A DNA stretch of 64,000 nucleotides from Phoronis australis (taxonomy: Eukaryota > Animalia > Phoronida). The translations under genes and the position numbers were made by a program. Positions 12,353 through 26,200 of this stretch are shown here, one piece after another. The first letter of the stretch is position 1, and the number at the start of each line of letters is the position of its first letter. The notes beneath the pieces were generated by a model, which saw only the letters and a program-made list of their open reading frames with translations, was not told where the DNA came from and made no database searches. The stretch covers positions 372,001 through 436,000 of the forward strand of contig NMRA01000245.1 in the NCBI GenBank assembly GCA_002633005.1, given 5' to 3'.

Positions 12353-15300
12353 CACACACCTCCTACGGGGGAGATAAGGCCTACTTCAGTCAGAATAATT
12401 TTTTTCCAATTGGCCCACTTCTGATCAGCAGTTGAGTCTAAGGAATCTATGATTTGGTCGACTGACAACCGGGGAATGAAAAATGGCAGTCATTGGGAAA
12501 GAACAACAAAAGGTCTTCCAACCACAGTTTTGCACCTAGGGGTATGGAACATCAGACCCTGGAAGCATTGAGCTGGGAAACATCAGAACAGGGAAAGATG
12601 GGTTAGGGGAATAAATAGGGCCCGGGAAACATCGTAGAGCTCCGGGTCTCTCACAGGGACCTTAAAGACCCAGTTAACAGTTCGTTGTCTAGTGAACACC
12701 AGGGCACTTTATCGAAGCAAGCCAGTACACTAGTCAAGGGTATTGTAGTTGGATTATCAGGATGTCGTATATCAAAAATAAATGTTTTTCCAGCACAAAG
12801 TTTGGTAAGTTGATCATTGTAAGAATTGTAGAAATATCGCTGTTTTATAGGTTCGCCGTAAGTGGTTAAAACAATCAGTAGTGATCACAGATATATGCAG
12901 CTGTTCAACTTCTTGTTCGCTGAAAGGTGGTTTACCTGTTTACAAGATTGTTTTGGTTTGTAATAAGGTACCAAATCACTCATGCACTAAGCCAGCATTG
13001 TCTCTGACCTACAAAGTATAAACGCCAAAGCTGAATCATGTGTGGCCTGTGTCGTACCACATTAATCCAGAATTTCGGACATGGTTAATTTTGCCGTCTT
13101 GTGATTCTTGATTCAGGGAAAGCCAATAACATTTGCTGGCTTTGAGCGAAGTAATCAATTTTTCACTGTCCCAAATTAGAGAATATTTACTGTATTTAAT
13201 GCTATTTTGGGGAGATACTTGGAGTTCCTACAAAGAGTCTTGTGTTTTTCCAGCACCTGTCATTGGCATGCTCCAAGGATGGCCGAGTGCATGCATCAGA
13301 TCAATGATATCTTCACATGTGTCCAAGGGCGAGCAAGGTAGGCAGACAGGCTACAAATTCATGGTAACTGACTTTCAAAATGGCTGCACCATATTAAAAT
13401 TCACTATCTTGCTAGACGGCTATCAGGCCTTGAAAACGAAAATTGTTCAAGATGACCTCAGTTTTGCCGAAAGTCTTTGCAGAAACCTTTGTTAATTTAT
13501 CTTTTGAATGTCCCATTACTCAACAGTGGTGGTCTGAAATGTTTGTTAACAAAAGTACATAATGATCAACATTTCCCTGAGAAGATGTGATATTAGTCGC
13601 TTATTTTGTACCAAATTTTAAAGAGAACGCTATGTATATTAACAGTGGCTCAGTATTTTATATATGTATGTAGCAGAAATCAAATCTATTTTAAATTACT
13701 TAAAGCTGCATTTCACTCTGGTTTGCTGGCTAAAAAACAACGATCGAACTTTTACTCTCATAAAATCAGTTTCATAATATTGCTTATCACTATCGGATTC
13801 TATTTCCGTTGCCAACAAACACATCGAAACCATTCGTGACTTAAGGAAACAGCTCAAGAGTTTATTGTGGTTGGCCAGCCATGAAATTGTGGGCTCGAAA
13901 ATGGCGCATGTACGCATTGGTGTTTCATTTACATTTTTTCTCATTTGTAGGGAAAATATTTGCAATCGTATCCTGTCTAGAAGCCGCCCTCACTCTGGGA
14001 TCGTCAGCCATCTTTAATTCACTGTACCCATTGACCCTAGACGTGTTCGCGGGACTGATGCTGGTGATTGCCGCTGTCTTGTTACTGATTCCTGCTGGTC
14101 TTGTCTTGTAAGTCGTTGCTGGAACCTTTACCAGACATGGGGAGAAAGAGTGCTCCTAATTACCAATGGTAGATTATACATCTTCACTATTCGTCATACG
14201 TTCCATTGTGATTTGGTCACTTTGTGAATATTTACCTCTAATTTTCTTCAAAATTGAGCCAAGACGATCTCCAAAATTGATAGCATTTTCATTGTTGCCT
14301 AGTTTACTGCGACAGAATTTCACCGTGCACTCTGTTTGGTGATACCTGCAGAGTATAAAGGTGGCTTGTAATGCAGTAAAATAATGTTTTATGTTGATGC
14401 AGTAAAATAATGTGTTATGTTCAGAAATTTTACAAAATGAGCTATTAGACTCACCCATCGACCGCAGAAGTCCAACCAAGTTTGTGCATCATCTTCTTCA
14501 GCATTCAAGCATTTGAAAATAAACGTGATAACATGTAATTCATGTGAAGCATGACGTTTCACTGAATTAACTCTCAGGTGTCACGTAATATCTTTTAACA
14601 TGCATATTTTTACTACCCCAGGCCTGCAACATACATAGCTTTCGGCCCCTGTAAGTGTAACCCGTGGTGGTTGTTTTTTTGTTTTGTGTTGTTTTTTTTT
14701 CTGCAGTGTGAGCCGATTGGCTTTTTACGCGTTGATATATGCAAGTGCGTTCTAAGTACTCTAACTTGCTCTTTTTCACTGTTTCTTCTCTCTATTCTGT
14801 TGAAATAACTTCTGTCAGAATCTAACAGATATACAAGTTTTACTTTAGCAGTGTGANTCTTTATTATTCGTCATACGTTTCATTGTGATTTGGTCACTTT
14901 GTGAATATTTACCTCTAACTTTCTTCAAAATTGAGCAAAGACGATCTCCAAAATTGATAGCATTTTTGTTGTTGACTAGTTTACTGCGACAGAATTTCAC
15001 CGTGCACTCTGTTTGGTGATACCTGCAGAGTATAAAGGTGGCTTGTAATGCAGTAAAATAATGTTTTATGTTGATGCAGTAAAATAATGTGTTATGTTGA
15101 GAAATTTTACAAAATGAGCTATTAGACTCACCCATCGACTGCAGAAGTCCAACCAAGTTTGTGCATCATCTTTTTCAGCATTCAAGCATTTGAAAATAAA
15201 CGTGATAACATGTAATTCATGTGAAGCATGACGTTTCACTGAATTAACTCTCAGGTGTCACGTAATATCTTTTAACATGCATATTTTTACTACCCCAGGC

Positions 15301-17600
15301 CTGCAACATACATAGCTTTCGGCCCCTGTAAGTGTAACCCGTGGTGGTTGTTTTTTTGTTTTGTGTTGTTTTTGTTTTTTTTCTGCAGTGTGAGCCGATT
15401 GGCTTTTTACGCGTTGATATATGCAAGTGCGTACTAAGTACTCTAACTTGCTCTTTTTCACTGTTTCTTCTCTCTATTCTGTTGAAATAACTTCTGTCAG
15501 AATCTAACAGATATACAAGTTTTACTTTAGCAGTGTGAGCATTTAATCTTGTTTTTGAGATAGATTATGGATTGACCAGCTTTTGGATAGAAAGATTGCA
15601 TCCGTGTGGTTTTTTACCGAGTTACTGATAAGGCCAGTGTGTATGGGTGAATGGGTGTTAATGGCTAGTTATTATTTAGATTATTATATAAGCAGATACG
15701 GTTAATATTCAGTCAGTGAACTGCTGAGGACTTTGGGACGCTTTCAAGAGAAAAGATGTACTCAATTATGTACGTAGTCAAAAATATAAAATTTACTGTC
15801 TCCAGGATACCCACTTTGCGTAAAGTGAGTGTGGAGATTGGAACTTGGTCCAGGATTTTTCTGCAGGTTGTTGAAGTTACATGACAAATAATAACAAGAA
15901 GGCCAGGGACAAAGTTTTGGAAATAATGGAAGAACTAATTCATTGGTTGAGCCTTGGAGAGTATATAATCCTTCGCATAAAAAATATACTTGGATGAGAA
16001 AAAACCCAGTTAAAATGGCTAGGCTTGATTTTTTTTGTAATAAGTAAGGAATCACTGTCTTGTGTCGAGAAAGTGGACATTTTTGCAGGCTACATAACAA
16101 ATCATTCTAGTATCTTTTTAGACTTTGTCTTGTGTTTCTCTAGCTTTACCAAAGGTAGAGGTTTTTTGACGCTTCAATAAGACACTTTTAAAAGATGAAG
16201 AATATATAAAAAAGAGAGGTTATTCCTGACACAAAAGATATGTACGCTCTTTTTTCATATAATGGGGACAACATATCAAATATTTCTATAATTGATCAAT
16301 TATTTTTTGAAATATTGTTACATGATATTAGAAGTATGACAATTCCATATAGTGTCTACAAAAAGAAAACCAAGTTAGAAAGATCTACATATTTAGAAAA
16401 TGAATTAAAAATTCTACATTAGACTTTATCAGATGGTTTTGATGTAAATTTGCAAATTTAAAGCGTTTAAATGACTGCCTACAAGAACTGGAGGACGTTC
16501 AGAAAGAATACATGGAGTGAGTTATATTAAAATCTAACGTGAAGTGGATTGAAGATGGTGAAAAACCTACAAAATATTTCTGTGGCTTGGAAAAAAGAAG
16601 TAATATACAAGTGATCATTACTAAACTAATTGATAATAAAAATTAATGAAAAGAGTTCTTCTCAAGAGGCCATTTTAAATGAAATTCCGGAATTTTATAG
16701 CTCAATATTCCTCTTTTGATGACGAGCTTGAAGATGTAAATTTAAAAGAATTTTTTGGTCAGAATACCAATTTTATCGGATTTACAGAGAGACGATTTAG
16801 ACGGGGAAATACAGTTAGAAGAAATTACGCATGTTTTAAATAAAATGAAGTGACGGGTTTACGGTTGAATTTTACAATATTTTGGAATGACATTTCACTC
16901 TTTGTCTTACGATCTTTTCAACATTTCTTTAACTGTGGACCACTGTCTCCAAACCAAGTATATGGAGTTATCAAATTGCTCCCTAAGGGTGATAAACTAT
17001 GAGAATTCTTAAAAAATTGTAGACCTATTACTTATTTAGTAAACATTAGTTAAAAACTGTTGTCAGCTTCTATAGGTGACAGTGTAGACATTACACCTAT
17101 AAGAGTTTCTTACCAAGTCTTTTGTTGTAAATGACCTCCTAATATATAGTCCGTATTCCATTAAATAATTGCAGTGCATGCTTATTATAACTTCAATTTA
17201 GTAGTTTCAGGAATTGACCTATTCCATTCCGAATATTCAGACTCGCTTGCTGACACGTGTAAGGGTTGTACTTGTACCTATTTTATGAAGGAATTATGTC
17301 AATTTTTAGTATTGTGCTCTTAATTTTCTTCTAATTATTTCCTATTTATGATATTTGCCATAAAGTTGGCAAAGCAAGACAAAATTACTCTAGCAACTTG
17401 GCCAAGTATGTGGGAAGGATTGGTGAAGGACAAAAATGCAACACATACAACATAGCTCGAATGTATTTGTGCAATGTTGAGAAGCAAACAGTAATTTAAG
17501 TCTTTGTTTCAGTTATGTTCGCGTGGATCTGAAGAATGAGAGTGAATCTGATGATCATCTGGCTGTAATGGACCATGACCCTGCGGTTAATGAAGATTGA
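10132..17600 (+). CDS. SLC46A: SLC46 family MFS transporter (proton-coupled folate transporter-like), 461 aa
   Basis: Exons 10132-10945, 11260-11502, 13254-13337, 13951-14107 and 17513-17600 are all GT-AG with matching phases (1386 nt). Motifs ITVEPVMF, GSWSDRISRR, LEAMLFLG and IRSMISSHVSKGEQGKIFA match PCFT/SLC46A1/A3. The paralogue cannot be resolved by eye. Confidence 0.88.
11559..11736. mobile_element. Small MITE
   Basis: 13-bp TIRs AATTGACCTATCG and CGATAGGTCAATT. Confidence 0.65.
12315..12359. repeat. (CA)n microsatellite
   Basis: Read directly. Confidence 0.95.
15697..17150 (+). mobile_element. Decayed L1/Tx1-clade ORF2 fragment (endonuclease to RT N-terminus)
   Basis: Recognisable peptides [46 protein letters not shown] and LLPKGDK..RPIT, with many stops and frameshifts. 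Confidence 0.85.
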
Positions 17601-20241
17601 CATTATAGGAGAATAAGTTAAAGGGATACCAAACCGGGATTTGGCCTATGAAAGATATTATAAACGGCTTTCCCATCTACTTTTCTGAGACTAAATGATG
17701 CCGTGTAACCCTTGAAAACCCTCAAAAGTTTGGAGCAAAGTTTTCAAACTCCTTACAAAGTCTGCTAAGCGGACAAAGGTGACCTAGATTTTAATCAAGT
17801 TACAACACACCTGTTAGACAAAGACCACCCATGAAGAACCATAATATCCATCTTTGACAGGGACAGTATGGGTTTTTATTTTAATTCTGCTTTTATCTTT
17901 CTATTGAGATGACAGAGGTAAATTTGTAGGTGACAGAATGAGGATTGATTAAAATCTTCAAAACGGGGCTTAGTATCATTTTATAGGTGCAATGAACCCA
18001 GCCTTTTGTCAAAAATCAAGTTTTGACCTAGGCGACTTACTTTTATATAATGGTCTCATTGTATTCTTTACTCAGAGAAGAGGCAATTTTTAGGCTTGAA
18101 AAGATGTGACAGGTTGTAATTACTCCAGACTAAGCCCGTCTTAAAGTTTGCTCGTGGTGGCAGGGCAGTTTCAATCGCCAAGCAGTATGGCTGTCAGGAG
18201 AGTTCCAAGCATTTTATTATTACCAATTTTGATTCAGAGGATGGGAGTTCTACAGCATTGCTTTGGACACGTAAATAGGCTTGTAAAGAAATTGGATGTT
18301 TTTAACACCGGTACATGGTTCATACCGACTTTAATAAAATAATTTGAAAGCAAATGTGTTTTAGATTTTATTTACTAAGGATCTTGTGTGGCATATAGCT
18401 GCAGTAAAAATTCTCCATTTTGGGACAGTCTCTAGAATTTGGGATACTGAAATTATGGTTGAAATTGATTTTTCTTGATTCTGAAGATTGGGACATGGGC
18501 AATTTTGGTGTTGGTTGTATTTTTGAAAAGCAGACACTGCGCTTTGTATTAACCCAACTTGATAATTGCAGTTCATGAAATACTCAAAAATGGGGACCGC
18601 TGCAACGTTTTCATGCATCGATCCCATAGCGTGTAGCATAAAACTGAATGATCATAATTCTTTAATTTGGGCTGACCAATTCTAAAATTTGGTACAAGCT
18701 CTGATCCAAAGCAAAATGTTTTATTCTTCCATTTTTAAAACTAGAGAATTTTCACCATAAGTACACTTAAATACGAAAAATTTTGAGTGTAGACGGGGTT
18801 ATACTTAAGGTTGATTTGATTTTGTGTGTTTAAGGCACTTGCTCGCTCATTGTATAGCAATCGGTGTAATGACATTTAAGATTAGTTTCTAGTGTATTTT
18901 GCCAATTTTCAGATCTCTTGAAGCTGTTCATTTGGTAGTACAAACTGATGGTTAGTTTTGGTCACTTTTGTGTTCAGGTGGAACCAGTGAAATAATACTC
19001 AAAATGAGATGATCAGACCGAACACAAGCCGTGACATTTTAACAAGTATTTCAAAGTTTGTATTATTTTTATGGTACACTCACACATATGTGTATGTGAG
19101 TGCATTGTGCCATCATCCTTATCTATCTGGACATCTGGTGTTCACCTCTAAAGCCCCTTATCATGAAAGTTTGCAGTCATGTTGCTATAACGAATGTTGT
19201 GTATTTATTCAAGTAAATATGACCTGACTTTACAAGGAGGCCAAAAATCATCAGTTTTGATCCTCAATATTCAAAATATTTCAGCCAGTGTTTCATTGCT
19301 ATGAAGTCATTGCTAATGCTCCTCTCCACACTAAAGGACCTTAGGTCAAAATTCATGATGCACAGGCTTCTTGGCGATGATTGTTGTGCACATCTACAAG
19401 TCAAGGTGCTGTGAAATGGGTAGACTTTCTAGTGGATACTAAACAACAGTTCTTTTTGCCCGAGTCTCATTATAAATAAAACATAAGTGTTTGTCATCGA
19501 GAAAACAAACTGATTCTGAATATCCAGGTCACCAAAACTGGGACAAACCAATATGACCTCTGCAAATAACGTTCTTCTAAGATCTGTGTAGCACACACTT
19601 GAGCAACGAAAATCTGTTTCATTTTCAATGCATGAGAGAGTACAAAAATCACCCAAACTCCTCAACAAGAGTGAAAGTACCAAAATGGCCAAATTCCACT
19701 TTCAGTGGCAAGACAACTGTTCCAAACCGAGAAAATGGGGACTGTTTGTCTAGAAATGAGCATCACCATTTTGGGAAGTAATTGCTATTTTTAAAAATAA
19801 AAGTAGCAATTATCGCTTTATTTAAAAAATTGACTTTCTAATTATTAAATTACAAACCCCTTATACTCAGTAGCTGGCTCAACGCATCGTTTGAAATGTC
19901 TCATAAAATGGCCATTTGGGACAAGACGTAATTAAACCTAACACATTCATATCTGCGTTTTAAATGAGCTTTATTGTCTGAAGACAGAATGAGGACGGTG
20001 AGCAGTATATGATGTGTAAACAGTTATAGCAAGGGACTGTCCAATGACAAATATTTTAAATGCAGAAATATAGTGAAAACTGATTCACTAGCCATAAAAA
20101 CATCTGGAAGAACTTTACATTATGCTCCATGAAATCATTATAGCGACTTACTATCTACAGAAACAGAAGTTCACACGTAGAGCAACAGATTATAAATGAA
20201 AACGAGATATCTTTGGCACATACATACATAAATACAATACA

Positions 20242-23200
20242 TTACAACACTGGCAAGTCATTATTAAACGTATTCATGAGATCATCGCAGGAAAACCCGT
20301 TACCGTTGTAGAAGTCCATGCTCTCCATGTCGGGCGAGAGATCGTGAAAATCTTGAGGAATATAGAGCATATCTGGAGAGATATCGTCCATCAAATGATC
20401 TTGTTTGGGCGATTGTACAATTTTTCTGAATGCCATACAATGCAGGTGCTCCTCTTTTTCGTACTTGCATCGTTTGAAACCCAACGACTCTATCGCCGTC
20501 TTCCAGCTCTTGATCTGCGGAGCATTCTTATTCTGACTTTTAGAGTCCGGAGTGATAATAATCAGCAAGCCGTCTGCCATGAGGAGTTTGTGTGCCTTCT
20601 GACAACAGATCCAGCGTTGGTAGGGCGAGGGAAAGTACTCGAGGAGTAGAGAGAATACGACAACGTGGAAGGACTCGCGGGGCAGCCTCTCTATGGGACT
20701 GCGAAGTCCTTTCATGTAGCTTTCACAGGAGTCCGGCGCCACCTGCAGGCGATCGCCGATATCAAGATGGAGGAAGTCGCAGTGGAACACACTCTGAAAT
20801 GATGATGGTGTAGAATAATATAAACAAGTGAAACTGTTGAAATTAGTGATCTGATGAAGTTTGCTGTGTAACCACCTGGTTCAGGTATAACGCTGATGAT
20901 GCTTTTGTGTAAATGTATACACTCGACATTATTCAAACTATTTCAGTCAACTAATAAGCATTACATTTTATAGCAAATACTTAAAGTATTGACTGCGCTG
21001 ATGACGTTTTTTCCTGCACTCCATGCCTGTTGACCAAAAAGTGGTGCACTTCTAAAATTAATTACTTTAGATCTCTGTAGATTTTAATTTTGATGGACAT
21101 TTTATTGATAAGTGAAGGTATGCAGAACGCCCAAAAATCATATCCCATCAACAGACGAACGAGGACAATCACCTGTTACATGTGATTGAATAAGGCTTCT
21201 CATAAATAGCATCAACAGGCAATACGTTATAACGACAAAAAACAAGTTCTATCCAAAGAGTAAAGCTTTAGATTTACACCACTTAATACTATACAGCTGA
21301 TCTCAATATGCTCCTTGCATTGATGAGAAGTGACTTCCGGGTTTGCAAAGAACTGAGAGTTCGTTATTCCTCGAGACCGTGCTCGGTGCTTAAAATGACA
21401 CGCCGTTACAAGCCAACTTATAGAGCCTGGGCTCGAGCTGTAACGAACTGTCAGTTCTTTCCAAGCCTTTCTACCACCCCTAATTTAAAGTTAGGTGGAA
21501 TCTTATTGACAAGTTTGTGTACTTTGTCAAATATCCATAAAAGTTGGTAAAAGAATGCATTTCCTGAGAGAAGAAACCTTGCAGAATTCGATTTTTGACT
21601 TTTACCAATCTGCTATTAATTAGGTCACGTGACCATGTTATTTTAGAAAAATTTAGCAAAAACAAAAGGTACACCGAGAGCAAAACAACAGTATCAACAA
21701 CATGGCCAAATTTGGTTCGATATGAATATTCATGATGAGATCTCAAAAATGCTGTTTTCTAAAATATCAGTCTGTTTTCCTTTTATGGAACTTTATTTTT
21801 GTCATGGAAATCATTAGTCCTATTTTTGATAAACCCCTCATACAAAAATGGAACATTTTGAAAACAATTCTTAAGAACATGTTGGATAACATCACATAAT
21901 TTAAAGGCATAATATCCGAAAATTTGTTATGAATCCGATCAACTATTTCTGAGGCTTCACTACAAATGAACGTCAAACTCGAGGTATTGCCATGGTAACC
22001 ACATAAAAAATAAGGAAATAATTTACAAGTAAAGTCCAAGGTAACATGGATGTGTGGAAGACCTACCTCACGAGCAGGGCTGATATCAATGCCTATAGCC
22101 AGAAACTCGTCAAAGTCAAGAAATGGATTAAAGCAGCTTCCAACATCAAGCAGACGAATCTTTCCTTCAAGTGGTAGAGTCCTGTCAATGATAGTGATCC
22201 AAAATACAGTAATTCTTCACTTATTTTGCACAAAAATAATTGTCGTTTTCCATTTCTCTAAGGCTAATTACTTGACTGCAATAAAGAAAGTTTCTTTGAT
22301 GACATCTATACAGTGCAAACCATGGTAGTAATATACAAAATTTTCTTAATCTTTATTTTTCTGGAAAAAATTGACAAAGCAGAATTTCACTTGTCGGCCA
22401 TACTGTGTGTTAAATAAGTGACGAATTGCCATATATCAAATAATCAAAATAGGTACTAATGCAAAGACAGACTGAAAACCAAGAGACGTCATTTCTCTAA
22501 TACCACCTGCACTAATCAACTACAAACTTCCCAACATTGGAATATAGGACATGAAAATTGCTTCCTACTGCACTAGGCAAATACTATATCACGACAACGA
22601 ACGAGAGAGAGACATAATGCAATGTTTCACAGTGTGCTAAATCAACTAGGGCTTTAGAGGTGTTACGGTTAATATTCAGTCAATGAACTGCTGAGGACTT
22701 TGGGACGCTTTCAAGAGAAAAGATGTACTCAATTATGTACGTAGTCAAAAATATAAAATTTACAGTCTCCAGGATACCCACTTTGCGTAAAGTGAGTGTG
22801 GAGATTGGAACTTGGTCCAGGATTTTTCTGCAGGTTGTTGAAATTACATGACAAATAATAACAAGAAGGCCAGGGACAAAGTTTTGGAAATAATGGAAGA
22901 ACTAATTCATTAGTTGAGCCTTGGAGAGTATATAATAAAAAATATACTTGGATGAGAAAAAAACCAGTTAAAATGGCTAGGCTTGATCTTTTTTGTAATA
23001 ACTAAGGAATCACTGTCTTGTGTCGAGAAAGTGGACATTTTTGCAGGCTACATAACAAATCATTCTAGTATCTTTTTAGACTTTGTCTTGTGTTTCTCTA
23101 GCTTTACCAAAGGTAGAGGTTTTTTGGCGCTTCAATAAGACACTTTTAAAAGATGAAGAATATATAAAAAAGAGAGGTTATTCATGACACAAAAGATATG

Positions 23201-26200
23201 TATGCTCTTTTTTCATATAATAGGGACAACATATCAAATATTTCTATAAATGATCAATTATTTTTTGAAAAATTGTTACATGATATTAGTGATATAGTAT
23301 CTACAAAAAGAAAACCAAGTTAGAAAGATCTACATATTTAGAAAACGGATTAAAAATTCTACATTAGACTTTATCAGATGGTTTTGATGTAAATTTGCAA
23401 ATTTAAAGCATTTAAATGACTGCCTACAAGAACTGGAGGACGTTCAGAAAGAATACATGGAGTGAGTTATATTAAGATCTAACGTGAAGTGGATTGAAGA
23501 TGGTGAAAAACCTACAAAATATTTCTGTGGCTTGGAAAAAAGAAGTAATATGCAAGTGATCATTACTAAACTAATTGATAATAAAAATTAATGAAAAGAG
23601 TTCTTCTCAAGAGGCCATTTTAAATGAAATTCCGGAATTTTATAGCTCACTATTCCTCTTTTGATAACGAGCTTGAAGATGTAAATTTAAAAGAATTTTT
23701 TAGTCAGAATACCAATTTTATCGGATTTACAGAGAGATGATTTAGACGGGGAAATACAGTTAGAAGAAATTACGCGTGTTTTAAATAAAATGAAGTGATG
23801 GGTTTACTGTTGAATTTTACAATATTTTGGAAAGACATTTCACTCTTTGTCGTACGAACTTTTCAACATTTCTTTAACTGTGGACTACTGTCTCCAAACC
23901 AAGTATATGGAGTTATAAAATTGCTCCCTAAGGGTGATAAACTATGAGAATTCGTATTCCATTAAATAATTGCAGTGCATGCTTATTATAACTTCAATTT
24001 AGCAGTTTCAGGAATTGACCGATTCCATTCCGAATACTATATCACGACAACGAATGAGAGAGAGACATAATGCAATGTTTCACAGTGTGCTAAATCAACT
24101 AGGGATTTAGAGGTGTTACGCTATCGGAGAGACAATCCAGGACCAGGCGAAACTCAAAGAATTTGTGGTAGAACAAATTAGTCGCATGTTTGCCAACATC
24201 AACAATGCCTTCGGGGGGGGGGGACATTTTATAAAGCAAAGCCTCTTTATCTCACACCTCCCACAATCAAATCAACCAGACTACTTACACTGTATTGTAT
24301 TTTGGCATTGAGTGACCAGGACTGACGGCCTCTGGACACTGGTCATCAACTTGCATTTCATCAGAGACTGACTGGTCATCACAACTGCACTCGAATGTGT
24401 CGCTAACATCAATAAAGTGCTGAAGCAACTCTTCGCGCTCTTGCCGTGTCTCGTCCACCAAATCAGGTGGACTTATCTCCCCTGTTGCCATCTCAGAACC
24501 TTCAGGCATGACCAGCGTGTGATTCCACTTTTGACCGTCGGGCAGGTCAGCTTCAACTTCCACTGGGGCACTCATAAAGCCTGGATCGAGGCTAGTACAT
24601 GTTGACCCTCCCCAAGTGCTGCATACGCTAACTTCGGGAAGGGAGGTAAAAAACTGTTCTGAATCCGAGCGCTGCGCGGCCTTCCCTAACCTACATCTCT
24701 CATCGGGCACACTATCCGTATTCGACTGCACAGTGCTATTGCTAATATCATCGTCACTTATCCTGTCGCCAGTTCTACTGGAGAGATCAATTTTTAATTC
24801 TTCGACATCCGTAGTCACAAGTGGCGTGTCAGAGTTAAATTTCGTGTCCACAAACATAGAAGAACAAGACTTCTCATCGGACACCGGTGTGCAAAGCTCA
24901 TCCTCATCATTCGCTTCTGCAAACTTCTTACGTCTGTCATCTTTGTCGAGGATAGACTGCAAACCACCGTGGAAGAAATAGTTCGTGCACGTATTTCGAC
25001 ACCAGTCAATTCTGTAAACAAAGCAGAACATTAGTAACAGTGACATAATTGGAAGACCACCGAGGTCTGTTTCGTGAAAGTGACTTATGACCTAAGACAG
25101 AAATTTGGTTTTACGCTCCCCATAACTATTTCTAAAAAATAGTTGAAACTCACTTTAGAAAAGAATAAAGTATCTGAGAATATGCTCATAACTGCCTCAG
25201 AAAATTTGTATAAGTTATTTTCATGCAAGTGACATGCTCATAATTACAGGACTAAATCCTTATTTGACACCGTGAAGTGGAACCATAAGACCAAATTTCT
25301 GTCTAAGTTTTAAGTCAGTTTTCATGACACAGAACCCTGGGCTCCTGATGAATGGTTACCACATTATTCTGTCAATAAATGACTCTTTATTGCTTCAGGC
25401 ATTATAGCCCACTTTATTTACTACATTATGGGCAACCCAACCCCAGCCATATCCACCAATCAGTAATAATATGATTTCTGGGTAAATAGATGTGTTAAAG
25501 TAAAAAAAACACATTATGGACGACACATCTTCACCAAGACTGACAGCGAACGAAAACGTTTTGTAACTAAAGATACCACGTCTTATACAAATGCAAACTT
25601 TACCCAAGTGCCATCCAAAACAAAAAATCACTTAAATGCAGAGCAAGCTTGTATCACAGCTGCTTTTAAAGCTATTCTGGTAGTAAACAAAAACACCAAT
25701 GACCCAAATATTCCATGCATGTAAATACGCAACTGGCACTATGTGTTGATTTTGAGGTCAAAAAGTCATGTTTTGAGAATATGTTTACAAAGGCAGGTTT
25801 AATGAACATTTAGCCAAGAAAACTACTTTTGGAGATGGAAACACATTCAGTGACACCTAAAAATGTTGTTTGCCTGGAAGAGACTTTAGTGTTTCTTGGA
25901 CATAGCAAGCGTTTAATACTAAGTTTATATTTTCACAATGTGCACAGAGTTCATCTACAAGTTACAACAAACTTGATAGTCAAATTTGAGACCAATAGAT
26001 TTAATCAAATTATACCTGGAATGTCATATAAGATATTGAACAATTATGCATCAAAACATCCATTGTAACAAGGCATAATACCATTTCTAAATGGCTTTTC
26101 AAATTAATAAGTCAACTTGCATCATGTTTAAGTGAACACAGCTTCTGCAACTGATAGCAATTTGCAAATTATTACTATCAATTTCTAATCAACAGTGTAA

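Noticed and set aside
21623-21634. GGTCACGTGACC as a CLEAR/TFEB site in a SAMTOR intron
   Set aside because: It is 7 kb from the TSS in repeat-like sequence, and such palindromes are common in transposon relics.
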